In this document: piece by piece, positions 9,101-18,180 of the stretch
How the letters are laid out: every line of letters starts with the position of its first letter
Position numbering within the stretch: the first letter of the stretch is position 1
NCBI GenBank assembly: GCA_900768545.1
Contig: CAAGDD010000007.1
Location: 25,709 to 89,708, forward strand
Direction of reading: 5' to 3'
Length of the DNA stretch: 64,000 nucleotides
From: Clostridia bacterium
GTDB taxonomy: Bacteria; Bacillota; Clostridia; Christensenellales; UBA1242
Translations under genes and position numbers: made by a program
The notes under the pieces: generated by a model
Told to the model about the DNA's origin: nothing
The model's database searches: none
The model's input: only the letters and a program-made list of their open reading frames with translations

Positions 9101-12100
9101 TCCAACACTTGCTTTTGACGGAAAAACTTATACACTTTCTTGGAACAAAGTAGGGCAAACAACCGAGATTGAAAACTCAACAAAATACAAAATTTTCGAC
9201 TCAAACAATGACCTTATCAAAACTGTTGAAGGCACTTCTCAAACAGGACTTGACGCAGAATTTGCAAAAGCAACTTATTATGAATTTTATGTTGTTGCGA
9301 CAAACCCTTATTATTTGGATTCAGCAAAGTCAAACAGCGTTAGATTCTTCAAATTGAGTGGCCCAACAAAACTTTCGACAATTACAAATGGAAATGTTGC
9401 AATCGAAATCGACTCACTTGAACAAAACTTTGTGACAGCGGTCGAAGTGAGTGTGGATAGTGAAGATCCTTACACAGTGACTGACAAAACAATTTCAGTT
9501 TTGAAAAACGGAACATACAAACTCAAAAGCATCGGCAAAACTGTTGAGCAAGACGATATGACAACATATTATATCGACAGTGAAACAGCAAGTTGGACTT
9601 TTGAAGATATGGCATCTTTAAAACCTGCCGATTTGACACTTGGCTATTTGAACAACAAACTTTCTTGGAGCGAATTTGCAAACGGAATTGGGCTTTCAAA
9701 TCTTGCATATTTCGTTATGCTCAAAGACGCTGATGGAAAAGTTGAAATCTTTGAAACGACCGACCTTTTTGCAGACTTTATAAATGATTCAAATCTTGCC
9801 GAAAAAGCAAACAATCTCAAAGACGGTGAAATCACAGTTGAAGTTTATGCAAAATTGAAAAACTATTCAGTTTTGGCTGACCAAACTCTCTATTATAGCA
9901 AATCTCTAAGTTTGCTTAATGGCAATGAAGAAGCAAACTGCTTCAAATATGAAACAAAAACTTTGAAAAAATTGTCAGCGCCAAAGGTTGACAAAGTTGA
10001 ATTTGTTTCAACTGATGAGACTGCTTTGACACCAGAAATCAAGGTTACATTCTCTGGAAATTTTGTTGAAGGTGACAAATATTTTGTATATTTAAATGAT
10101 CAAGAAATTCCTGTTTTGAGCAAAACACTTCTTGCAAGCGACATTGAAAATTCAAGTGCAAGTTTTGTTCTTACAAGCGAATATTACAACAACGGCTTTG
10201 TTGTTGACGGTAAAATGAAAGTAAGAATTGTCGTTTCAAGCGAAACGGCTTTGCCATCAAGCGAAGGTAATGTTGAGATATTTAGAGCAAACAATTTGAA
10301 ATCAATCTCACTTGTTGAAGGCGACACAATTTCACAAAAATTACATATCGAATTTAACGGAAGAGCGAGTGACGTAGTTGGCGGAGTTGTTTTGAAACTC
10401 GATATCACATCTGCTGCCAGCAAAACAATTTACAAAACGATTTCTGTTGCGGGCGAAGGTGATAGTTTTGACTTTGATTTGAGCGAAGTGTTTAAAAAAG
10501 AACTTTCAAGCGGAACAAATATCAAAATTTCAGCGTTTGTAAACAGCTTCTCAAACGATACTGATAAAACTTATTATCTTGCTTCTTCTCAAATGATTGA
10601 AACCACTCTTTATGATGTTTTGTCATCTGTGACTGACGGCGATATGACAAAAGTTTCGGGCGGATTTGAAATTCGCAGCGACTTAAACAGTCAAGACACT
10701 ACTTATATAGTAGAGTATGGCACAGAAAAATTTGAAGTAAAATATCAAAACAATAAATTCTATTTTGAAGTTCCAAACGAATGGAAGGCAGACGAAAGTT
10801 ATACGCTCACCATTTATGCAACTCAACGCGGCAAAGTAGATTCTGTCAAAACAAACTATACTTATCAGTTGCAAAGAGTAGGAAAAGTGACCGAGATTGT
10901 TGCGACTCGTGATGAAAACAATCTTGAAAAAGTCAAACTTTCTTGGGCAGCTGTTGAAAACGCAACAGGATATTTGCTTAAAATGTTTGACGGCGACACA
11001 CTTTTGTTTGATTATCAAATCTCAACAAATGAAGTTTATGTTGAAGATATCTTTGGCGAGAATTATGACTCGCTCACAAGCAAAAATATTGATGTAAACT
11101 CTTTGAAAACAAAAGAAAATCTCAATTTCAAACTTATCACTATTGGAAACAATCAATACAACAATTCACTCTCTTATGACTTTACAGCAAACTTTGAAAC
11201 AAACACAATGCTCAACCAAAATATCGAACAAGTTTACAAAGTTGATGAATATGGATTTATCACTTTTGAAAGTGTTGCGGGGCAAACCTATTTATATAGA
11301 TTTGTTGACAATGAAGGCACAGCACTTCAAAAATGGACAAAAGTCACCGCTGACGGCGAAACTGTTAGAGTTGACGCAAGCAAGATTGACGCTACGATTT
11401 TGCCAAGCAACACCGCTTACAACATTGAAGTCAAACTTGTTGGAAACTTAAATTCTTCAAACGATTTCAAATTTGAATTTGACTCATTGAAATCGACCAC
11501 TCACAAAAGAGATGTAAACTTTATTATAAACAGCGACATCATAAGCGTGGGCTACAACGCAACATTGTCATCATCTTTGGCCTTCGTTATGGCACCAAAC
11601 TCATTTACAAAACTTTATGTTGGACTTGAAGAAAATTCAATCCAAAATCCACAAAAAGTGTTTGAGTTTGTTCCAGAAAAAACAGATATCGCTGGCGATC
11701 CGGGACAAGAAACTTATGCTTATCCTGTTGACAAACTTATTGATATGTTGCGCTCTCAAGACTGGCAAGCGGGAGCAATCAAACTTCACTTCTGGTCATT
11801 TAGAGAAACAACAAGTATCGACAACAGTTTTACAATTTCGCGTTGCAGCACATTTGAATTTGATTTGACAAATGACGCTGGCTTTGATGGACTTGTAAAA
11901 ATGGGGCTCAATGATGAAGGAGGCACAAATACAAACTTTGTCGGACTTGATTATCCAAAAGGTTTTGAAGATTTTTCAAACACTTTTGCAAAATTTGCTG
12001 ACACAGAAGCGAACACTGTTGGAATGATGATCAAAATCACTCAAATTGAAGACTCGGGCGAAGGCTTTTCGACAACAAAATTTTTGAGTGTTACACAAAT

Positions 12101-15100
12101 GACAAGCGACTATTTTGCAAACACAAAGGTCGTAAATCTCACAAAGATTTTCGATGACGAAGATTTGCAAAAATTGAGCGGAAAGTTTAAAGTAGAATTT
12201 GCACGCATCAGTCTTGTAGACATTGCAAGTGGGAAGATGCGTGTAAGTGACTGGACTGGTCTTGGCACTGACGAAAATGGCGAAGAGAGATATTTGTTAA
12301 GACTTCCACAAGTTGACACTTTGAGTTTGTATAACGGAAATCTCACTTGGACAAATTCTAGCGAAGATGTAACAAAATATTATGTTCACTTCGAAGAAGA
12401 GACAGAAGGAAAAGATACTTATATGGTTTCAAAAACAACATTCTTTGACGCAACAAAATTTGTTGGCGAAGGTGTGAATTATTTCATCTCTGTCGAAACT
12501 GTAAACGAAAATCCTTATGTGATTTCTTCAACAAAAAAATATATTTCACTTGACGGAAAGAAAGTTTTGATTTACAAAAATCAAATCAAGCACGAACTTA
12601 AACTTGAAAACGGAAAACTCTTTATAAATTGGGACGTAAGCGACGATTTTTATAAAAAACTTTTCAGTAATGAAGATTATAGCACAATCGCAAATGCCCT
12701 TGCTCAAGATACACATCATGCACCATTTTCATTTACAATGAAAGACTTGATCGACAATAAAATTGTTGTTAGATTTAGACTTACTTCTCTTGAAAATGGC
12801 AGCGAAGGCACAAGCCAATATGCAGATGTCAATGCAAAGAAATTGCTTGAAAACTTGTCACTTTTAAACAATCAAGTTAAAGACAAACTTAAAGAACTTT
12901 ATGAAAACGCAATTTTCGAAGGCTCAAACAAAGACACATTTAGAAGATTTGTTGACTTTGTTGAAAACGGAAGCCACGGAATAGCAAATTACAACACATT
13001 GTTTGACGAACATTTTGAAAATATCCAAACAGGATCTTACAAACTTGAATATTGCTTGCTTGGAAATGGCACAACATTAAATTCAAAATGGTATGGCTTT
13101 AAAAACGAAAACGGCGTAAACAAAATTTTTGTAAATGCCGAACCTTCAATTCAAGTTTTGAAAGAAGCGGACGCAACAAATTTGAGTCTTAACACTTACA
13201 AACTTTTGATTAAAGAAAGCGACATTTACGCTTACAGCGGCGTAAGCGGAATTTATGGAAAAACAAAAGCAGAAAACTATGTTTTAAGACTTGTTGGCGA
13301 AAGCGTGTTTGTGTTTAACATCACAAAAGGCGAAAGCGCATATTCGTTGACACTTAAAGATGACAAAAATTCGAAGAGTGTTTCAGTTTATCGCACCAAC
13401 GCAAGCGGAGTTGTGGCTGACGACGGCGAATATTTGATGATTTATATCAATCTTCACAACGGTGACTCAATTTTGGGACAATTTAGTGACGAAGAATACA
13501 AACTTATCAAAACAAGTTACAAAATGGAAATGTATGCAGTTGGAAACAATTATTCAGCGTCGAGCAAGTCGGGCTTCTACAATCTTACACTTCTCGGCTT
13601 TGGACAAAGTTTGAATATGGTTGACGGCGTGTTTAGTTGGACAGCTCAAATGAACAGACCTACAAGCATAATCACAAAGAGTTCAAACTCTTCTCGTGAA
13701 GAAGAACAATCAGTCACAGGCGAAAATCAATATTCGACTTATGATATGTCAGGACTTGGCGACGGCGATTATGATTATGTTAGATTTGTTATGAAAGGTG
13801 AAATTGTTGCAAATCGAATTTATATCGACAGCGAAGTTTACACAATCGAAAATGTCCACAAACTTATTGCTCCAACACTTGGTGTGAAGTTTGGGGAAAT
13901 CGAAATTTCTGACCAAAACAAAAAAACTCTTGAAAACTGTTACACTGATCCAAACGAAACTGCTCAAAGATATCAAATCACAAACAATGCAGCGAAAAAC
14001 AAATATTATATTGCTTTAAACACAAATGGCGATGATTCGATTTGTTATCAAGTCGGCACAACAGACATTGACGAAACCAATCAAGATTATGAATACAAAT
14101 CGACCGAAGTTTCTGCAAAAGAATTTTATGTTTCAAGCCTTGGCACAACAGCAAACTTAAAAGCACAAAAGCTTGATGTCAAGATTGAAAATTATCACTT
14201 GTATAAGCTTGTATGCGCTTACACAAACGCAAGCGGCGAAGAAGAAATTTCTAACAAAGATGTCGCAGTTGAAAGTTCGAAATCAATCTTGAAAGGTCAA
14301 ATGCTTGACCAGCCAATCGAACCTTCTATTTCAAACGGAATTTTGAGTTGGAAGGCTGTTGAAGGTAAGAATACTGACGGCGGATTGATTGGAATCAACA
14401 AAGACAACAGAGAAAAAGTTGTTTACAAATTGACAATCGACCAATACAAAATTTCTTACACCGAAACCGGCACTGGCGAAACAGAAACAAATATTTGTGA
14501 AACACAATATTATTACACAGCAAATACAGAATTTGACTTTGCGATCATCGAAGAAAATATGGAAAATCCAGCAAACGAAGTGACATATATCAAAGTCAAT
14601 ATCCAAGCACTTGCTTTGAAAGTTTCTGAAATTTCTCGCACAAACAGCGTAACTTTGGTCGAAGGTGGATATGCTTATGACAATGCAAACTTTGTTGAAG
14701 AAAACGGCGCTTGCTTGAAGTCAAATGCAGAAAAATTAAACAAAATCGAAAGAGTTGCTCCAATCGATCAAGATTCGTTGATGACTGATATGGGCAGTTT
14801 GAGATGGACTTACACCACAAAAGTTTCTATCAATGATGAAGAAATTGATGCAACAAACTTTGCAAAATTTTATAGTTTTGTTGTCACTGACGACGCCGGA
14901 AATGTTGTAAACGGCGAGTTCTCGGTTTCTTTGATTGAAACTTCGACAGATTATCGAAGATTTGAAATCAAGTTTATTGAAGAAAAAGGTTATATGCCTT
15001 ATGGTGACAATGTAAAACTCAAAGTTTATGCTTATTCAGTTTTGACTGACAGTCTTGCGATCAAGTCTTTTGCAAGAGATATCACTGTTACAAAATTGAA

Positions 15101-17219
15101 AACAATCGACGAAAACGATTTTGTTGTTGAAACAAGAACAGAAGAAAATAACGGTCAAAGTGATGTTTATGAAGCGATTGATTTGACAAATTATTTTGCA
15201 AATGACAACAATGCGACAAACAGAGTTGAAGCGTATGTCGAAATAAATGGTCAACCTATTAGAGAAGACGCGATCGTTTTGACGAAAGCAAGAAACAAAT
15301 TGAAAGTTTATTACTCTGTTCCTTCATTTAGCATGGACGGATATAGCTTTGTTGTTGGAAAGAGCGACGTCGCAAAAATTACCTTCAAAGTTAAACCTGT
15401 GAGAGATAATGTTAGTGGCGTATTGTATAGCGATTTGAGCGATGATGTTGTTATGCAACGCTCGGCTCTTGAAGAAGGATCAATCACTTGGGACGCGGAT
15501 AGTCAAACTTTCAAGTGGGACTATCTTGGACAAAACGCTCTTGAAAAAGAATGTGAAGCTCAACAAGTTCGCTTGGCGACAGTTCTTATTAGAAATGTAA
15601 ATCTTTATGAAGATGAAGCGTTGAAAACTGTAACAGACAAAACTTTAAGCAGGGGAAGCGAAATTGTTATCTTGAAAGATTGTGAAAAATCAGTCAAGAT
15701 TTCAGTAGAAAATGTTGAATATTATTTGGCAAAAGATGCAGCAGAACAACAATATGTAAATGTTGCCGCTCAAAAACTTGCAGCCGGGACTTTATATACA
15801 ATTTCTCAATCTTATGGCGAATATACAATCATTTTGGCAAACGAAAAACTTTATAAAATCAATAGAGAAAGTGTAAGTATGCCAATCTACACAATCGATG
15901 CGATTTATGGAAAAGACATAAACTCGATGATTAGACGCACTTACACCACGACCGACAACTTCTTTAAGCCAACAATCATCGGCGATGTAAGTATCTCGGT
16001 TAGAGTAAAACTTGGCTCACACAATCTTCAATCACAACCTGTAAATTTTGTTGACGGCGAAGAATACACAAACGAAGAAGGCGAAACGTTATATTATGTT
16101 AGGTTTGACTTGTTTGAAGCGGGCGACGGAACAGCAGCAAATCCTTATCAAATCACAAATGTTTATCAGTTTAAAAACATTTCAAAGAGAATGAAAAAAG
16201 ATGAAAGTTTGAAAAACTTTGTTTCAAACAATGTTTTGGTCAATGAAAACGAAGTGTTCAATTTTCAAGTGATGAACGATATCGAACTTTGTTACAACGA
16301 AACTGACGGCACAGTTGCTGGTGAATTTAATGGAATATTATTTGGCGGCGAATTTGATGGAATTATCTGCGGTAAAAATCTTTCAACAGACGCTGACCCA
16401 ATCTATCCTTTGATTTCTTACAAATCAACAGGCGTGTCAAAACTTCAAAATTCTATCACTGTCAAAGACGGAAACGTTTTGAGTTCATCAACAGCAGTTT
16501 CTACAACATTTGAAACCGGCACGGCACTTTTTGAAAGCTTTTCGAGCAATTCGAAAATTTCAAATTTGCGTCTTTCTGCAAAATTTCAAAAAGAAGACGC
16601 TCTTGTTGACAAGTCGGCACAAATTGTTGATTACACAAAGGCGATTCCACAAGATTCACTTATCAGCGGGCTTGTTATCTCAAATGCGGGAATAGTTGAA
16701 AATGTTGTTCTTGAAAGTTTTGTAAACAGTTTCTATGGCTTTATCGGTTCAAATACAAAAATTATGATGGTGTATAGCGGGCTTGTTTCAATAAACAGCG
16801 GCGCGAGTGCAAACATCACAAACTGCCAAAACAAATCAAATATGAATGTCAGCGACTTGTCGCGTGCACAAACAATTTTTGTTGGCGGAATTTGCTACAC
16901 AAACTATGCAACAATCAGTGGCTGCGTTGGCGGAACAATTGAAAACACAATTTCGATTGACTGTCAAGCAAGCAACGAAGCGATCCAAGCGGCAGGCATT
17001 GCGATCACAAACACAACATCGGGCAAAATCGAAAATTGCACAAACAATTATGACATAACTGTTTCTGCTGCAAGTGTCGATGTTACTGCTTTCATTGGCG
17101 GAATTGTTGACCTTGGCGCAGGCAATTTGAGCAACAATAAAAACAATGGAAATTTGTCAGCAAACAATATCCAAACACTTTACAAAGGTGATATTGCTGC
17201 CACAACAAAAAGACCTTAG
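6075..17219 (+). CDS. Giant surface lipoprotein (3714 aa): Big_2-like domain, many FN3-like modules, C-terminal GLUG/beta-helix-like module
   Basis: Uninterrupted 11,145-nt ORF with GAGAGGA upstream of the ATG. Lipoprotein signal MKKINIFVLSILTLFFGVALSAC. Domain evidence is listed in the sub-features. Confidence 0.95.
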   Translation: MKKINIFVLSILTLFFGVALSACSFKNPEVEFTSNELVLTIGEQVNLRDYISAKQVEKEDVEFRISNTTMFDIDSSSIKAKKSGKAMVYATYQKNTLASMSVVVKKSFEAPRDFALDDQGNLTWQACYAYLENETVPTKAESYLVNGTCKIYSPTDATEVVETKTIEETVLENKFKLPYQGEYTLTVKALKSGYFDESLTSSAYTFLYGSVDKAQNLTWTADGTLTWDAVAGAKYKVSVDEYVLNDFQTQTTKDLSSYFENLSAGDHEIKVLTFDSSEQKIPNKSDAIVVTKLQKAQAQYQEDGTIKISSTENVEKFKVVLTAQNDRKEVVLTADQNQATTNFAGLDSKIYSIKVFVQNESGNFYSSDALEFGKIYKLPKISLSGSGNNAENGTSISLVASANESLFATKFKVIGLDVEKEGFAKEELKKTFDLTLETAQKTNIKVTQIAQSQQNELDGENICVVSSDESDVMSLTKLADFENTPIHSVENEKSVLAFDLIENVAAYEIYLKNGEQTFEKIDEAKYSIDLENHKIVFVDKIENLFASILENGNKYFEFKLVAKTADDTTAINSSIEKSVQLLAAPQSAGSGNSTNKTYSWAEVFGASGYKFGYLKLSKEEFDLYQSSQIIPEREMTFATVSTNSFEFEEVGYYLVKIFAISADQNLYISSLDSLDEAFFVAKQLQSPDAVLGKNESGYFVKITQVDDADEYQITVTGGAGETHKVSKGEQAQFVYPLSENFENGDYTISITAKANDEVIFNASNEKTLTVKRLAKVGFNDIDIDALTSQVKVEAKEGISTISIVDNTSGDSCVKDGVDAILPIKNKSNFELEIQLFGSKLKSDNTFAGETIYLDSDKNVLKFTRLVTPTELQYYENKLTFTHATRGEYYMVDFVCKTVDETKFNITIGLDAVPFAIVDAVKMPLTDLDGAEIISISGSNVSIDISVLTEYIKNSTLLKDVYQRAHTIGFEVTSYKKEINSANTMILSSLAATTKADATKTTLYIEKMQTPTLAFDGKTYTLSWNKVGQTTEIENSTKYKIFDSNNDLIKTVEGTSQTGLDAEFAKATYYEFYVVATNPYYLDSAKSNSVRFFKLSGPTKLSTITNGNVAIEIDSLEQNFVTAVEVSVDSEDPYTVTDKTISVLKNGTYKLKSIGKTVEQDDMTTYYIDSETASWTFEDMASLKPADLTLGYLNNKLSWSEFANGIGLSNLAYFVMLKDADGKVEIFETTDLFADFINDSNLAEKANNLKDGEITVEVYAKLKNYSVLADQTLYYSKSLSLLNGNEEANCFKYETKTLKKLSAPKVDKVEFVSTDETALTPEIKVTFSGNFVEGDKYFVYLNDQEIPVLSKTLLASDIENSSASFVLTSEYYNNGFVVDGKMKVRIVVSSETALPSSEGNVEIFRANNLKSISLVEGDTISQKLHIEFNGRASDVVGGVVLKLDITSAASKTIYKTISVAGEGDSFDFDLSEVFKKELSSGTNIKISAFVNSFSNDTDKTYYLASSQMIETTLYDVLSSVTDGDMTKVSGGFEIRSDLNSQDTTYIVEYGTEKFEVKYQNNKFYFEVPNEWKADESYTLTIYATQRGKVDSVKTNYTYQLQRVGKVTEIVATRDENNLEKVKLSWAAVENATGYLLKMFDGDTLLFDYQISTNEVYVEDIFGENYDSLTSKNIDVNSLKTKENLNFKLITIGNNQYNNSLSYDFTANFETNTMLNQNIEQVYKVDEYGFITFESVAGQTYLYRFVDNEGTALQKWTKVTADGETVRVDASKIDATILPSNTAYNIEVKLVGNLNSSNDFKFEFDSLKSTTHKRDVNFIINSDIISVGYNATLSSSLAFVMAPNSFTKLYVGLEENSIQNPQKVFEFVPEKTDIAGDPGQETYAYPVDKLIDMLRSQDWQAGAIKLHFWSFRETTSIDNSFTISRCSTFEFDLTNDAGFDGLVKMGLNDEGGTNTNFVGLDYPKGFEDFSNTFAKFADTEANTVGMMIKITQIEDSGEGFSTTKFLSVTQMTSDYFANTKVVNLTKIFDDEDLQKLSGKFKVEFARISLVDIASGKMRVSDWTGLGTDENGEERYLLRLPQVDTLSLYNGNLTWTNSSEDVTKYYVHFEEETEGKDTYMVSKTTFFDATKFVGEGVNYFISVETVNENPYVISSTKKYISLDGKKVLIYKNQIKHELKLENGKLFINWDVSDDFYKKLFSNEDYSTIANALAQDTHHAPFSFTMKDLIDNKIVVRFRLTSLENGSEGTSQYADVNAKKLLENLSLLNNQVKDKLKELYENAIFEGSNKDTFRRFVDFVENGSHGIANYNTLFDEHFENIQTGSYKLEYCLLGNGTTLNSKWYGFKNENGVNKIFVNAEPSIQVLKEADATNLSLNTYKLLIKESDIYAYSGVSGIYGKTKAENYVLRLVGESVFVFNITKGESAYSLTLKDDKNSKSVSVYRTNASGVVADDGEYLMIYINLHNGDSILGQFSDEEYKLIKTSYKMEMYAVGNNYSASSKSGFYNLTLLGFGQSLNMVDGVFSWTAQMNRPTSIITKSSNSSREEEQSVTGENQYSTYDMSGLGDGDYDYVRFVMKGEIVANRIYIDSEVYTIENVHKLIAPTLGVKFGEIEISDQNKKTLENCYTDPNETAQRYQITNNAAKNKYYIALNTNGDDSICYQVGTTDIDETNQDYEYKSTEVSAKEFYVSSLGTTANLKAQKLDVKIENYHLYKLVCAYTNASGEEEISNKDVAVESSKSILKGQMLDQPIEPSISNGILSWKAVEGKNTDGGLIGINKDNREKVVYKLTIDQYKISYTETGTGETETNICETQYYYTANTEFDFAIIEENMENPANEVTYIKVNIQALALKVSEISRTNSVTLVEGGYAYDNANFVEENGACLKSNAEKLNKIERVAPIDQDSLMTDMGSLRWTYTTKVSINDEEIDATNFAKFYSFVVTDDAGNVVNGEFSVSLIETSTDYRRFEIKFIEEKGYMPYGDNVKLKVYAYSVLTDSLAIKSFARDITVTKLKTIDENDFVVETRTEENNGQSDVYEAIDLTNYFANDNNATNRVEAYVEINGQPIREDAIVLTKARNKLKVYYSVPSFSMDGYSFVVGKSDVAKITFKVKPVRDNVSGVLYSDLSDDVVMQRSALEEGSITWDADSQTFKWDYLGQNALEKECEAQQVRLATVLIRNVNLYEDEALKTVTDKTLSRGSEIVILKDCEKSVKISVENVEYYLAKDAAEQQYVNVAAQKLAAGTLYTISQSYGEYTIILANEKLYKINRESVSMPIYTIDAIYGKDINSMIRRTYTTTDNFFKPTIIGDVSISVRVKLGSHNLQSQPVNFVDGEEYTNEEGETLYYVRFDLFEAGDGTAANPYQITNVYQFKNISKRMKKDESLKNFVSNNVLVNENEVFNFQVMNDIELCYNETDGTVAGEFNGILFGGEFDGIICGKNLSTDADPIYPLISYKSTGVSKLQNSITVKDGNVLSSSTAVSTTFETGTALFESFSSNSKISNLRLSAKFQKEDALVDKSAQIVDYTKAIPQDSLISGLVISNAGIVENVVLESFVNSFYGFIGSNTKIMMVYSGLVSINSGASANITNCQNKSNMNVSDLSRAQTIFVGGICYTNYATISGCVGGTIENTISIDCQASNEAIQAAGIAITNTTSGKIENCTNNYDITVSAASVDVTAFIGGIVDLGAGNLSNNKNNGNLSANNIQTLYKGDIAATTKRP
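6400..15550 (+). repeat. Divergent array of FN3-like modules (protein-level repeats)
   Basis: A recurrent signature (Trp, then about 6-9 residues, then an aromatic-x-hydrophobic strand) appears repeatedly. Examples are LTWTADGTLTWDAVAGAKYKV (about 6720), YSWAEVFGASGYKF (about 7870), LSWNKVG..TKYKIF (about 9140), LSWAAVENATGYLLKMF (about 10940), LTWTNSSEDVTKYYVHF (about 12345), LSWKAVEG (about 14345) and ITWDADSQTFKWDY (about 15485). I saw no long exact DNA repeats by eye. Confidence 0.6.
16122..17216 (+). other. C-terminal NPY-start module plus GLUG/parallel-beta-helix-like repeats
   Basis: GDGTAANPYQITNVYQFKNI is followed by repeated G-rich turns: SGLVISNAGIVENV, FVGGICYTNYATISGC, AAGIAITNTTSGKIENCTNN and FIGGIVDLGAGNLSNN. 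Confidence 0.6.
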
Positions 17220-17254
17220 GCATATTTGAAAAATCAAAAGAGTATAAATAGATT

Positions 17255-18091
17255 GTGAAAAAATCTGTTTATATTCTTTTATTTTTGTGCATAATTTGTC
17301 TGTTTTCGTGCTTTGGATTTACTTGCGACGCTCAAAAGACAAATTGTCTTGAAAAAAACGCATTTAGAATAATTCGAAAAACAAATTATGAAGGCAAGAT
17401 TTCGCTTTCTTATGTTTTTCCGCTCAACCAAGAGAAGTTGAAAGAACAAAATGTCGATGAAAAAGATATTTCAAGTTATAAGTTTTATTTGACAAGTTAT
17501 GTTTTTGGGCTCTCTCAAAATTCAAAACAAAAAGAAACTGAAAATGTTGCTGTGAGTGGCGTGAAATATTATCAAGATATTGACGGCGTTGGCTACACGA
17601 TTTATTTTGACGATATAAATGCTCAAAAAGAATATTTTGGAGTGACTGATGAAGGCGAGAACTCAAAGCCAAAAAGCAGCGGATTTTTTATGAAAAAAAC
17701 GGTTTATGAATCGACTTTTCCAGTGTCAAATCAAAATGTTGCGGGCAGTTTGAAACTTGTTTGTATCACTTCGATAAACGCGTGGGCGCAAAATTGCAAT
17801 ATCACCAGCGCGGTCAAAAAATCGATGATTGACGAACTTTCAAAAAGTGTTTATATTTATGACTTTGCGATGCAATCCGATGTTTTGAAGTCGCAAAATT
17901 TTTATGAAGACGAATATTTCTGTCACAATGTTTTTGTCAAAACTTTTGACGAACTTGACGACAGCACAATTGAGTTTTACACGATTTATCCAAACAAGCC
18001 GGTGTGGTATTTGACCGCGACGGGTGTTGTTTTAGTGGCAATGGCGACTGCTTTTGTTGTTTTGAAAAGAAAAAAGTTGAAAAAAATCTAA
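17255..18091 (+). CDS. Type-I membrane protein of unknown function, immediately downstream of giant lipoprotein gene
   Basis: GTG start. Signal peptide MKKSVYILLFLCIICLFSCFG, C-terminal TM helix and basic tail (PVWYLTATGVVLVAMATAFVVLKRKKLKKI). The gap from the upstream gene is 35 nt with no terminator. Confidence 0.7.
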   Translation: MKKSVYILLFLCIICLFSCFGFTCDAQKTNCLEKNAFRIIRKTNYEGKISLSYVFPLNQEKLKEQNVDEKDISSYKFYLTSYVFGLSQNSKQKETENVAVSGVKYYQDIDGVGYTIYFDDINAQKEYFGVTDEGENSKPKSSGFFMKKTVYESTFPVSNQNVAGSLKLVCITSINAWAQNCNITSAVKKSMIDELSKSVYIYDFAMQSDVLKSQNFYEDEYFCHNVFVKTFDELDDSTIEFYTIYPNKPVWYLTATGVVLVAMATAFVVLKRKKLKKI

Positions 18092-18119
18092 AAAAAATTA
18101 AAAAAGTTTTTTCTATATA

Positions 18120-18148
18120 TTGTGTTTTTTATAAAAAAATGATAAACT
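18120..18148 (+). promoter_or_regulatory. Candidate promoter of typA
   Basis: TTGTGT, 17-nt spacer, then TGaTAAACT extended -10. Confidence 0.4.
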
Positions 18149-18180
18149 ATATAAGTTATTATAGTATAAGGAAGAAAATT

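Noticed and set aside
17217-17258. Possible stop-codon read-through or frameshift fusing the 3714-aa lipoprotein to the downstream TM-anchored ORF.
   Set aside because: The downstream ORF is in a different frame. Reading through the TAG in frame hits a TGA at 17256-17258. I saw no slippery heptamer.
18004-18180. N-terminal extension of typA in the ORF track.
   Set aside because: It overlaps the 3' end of the preceding gene and the intergenic promoter. The conserved GTPase N terminus starts at ATG 18181 with an SD.
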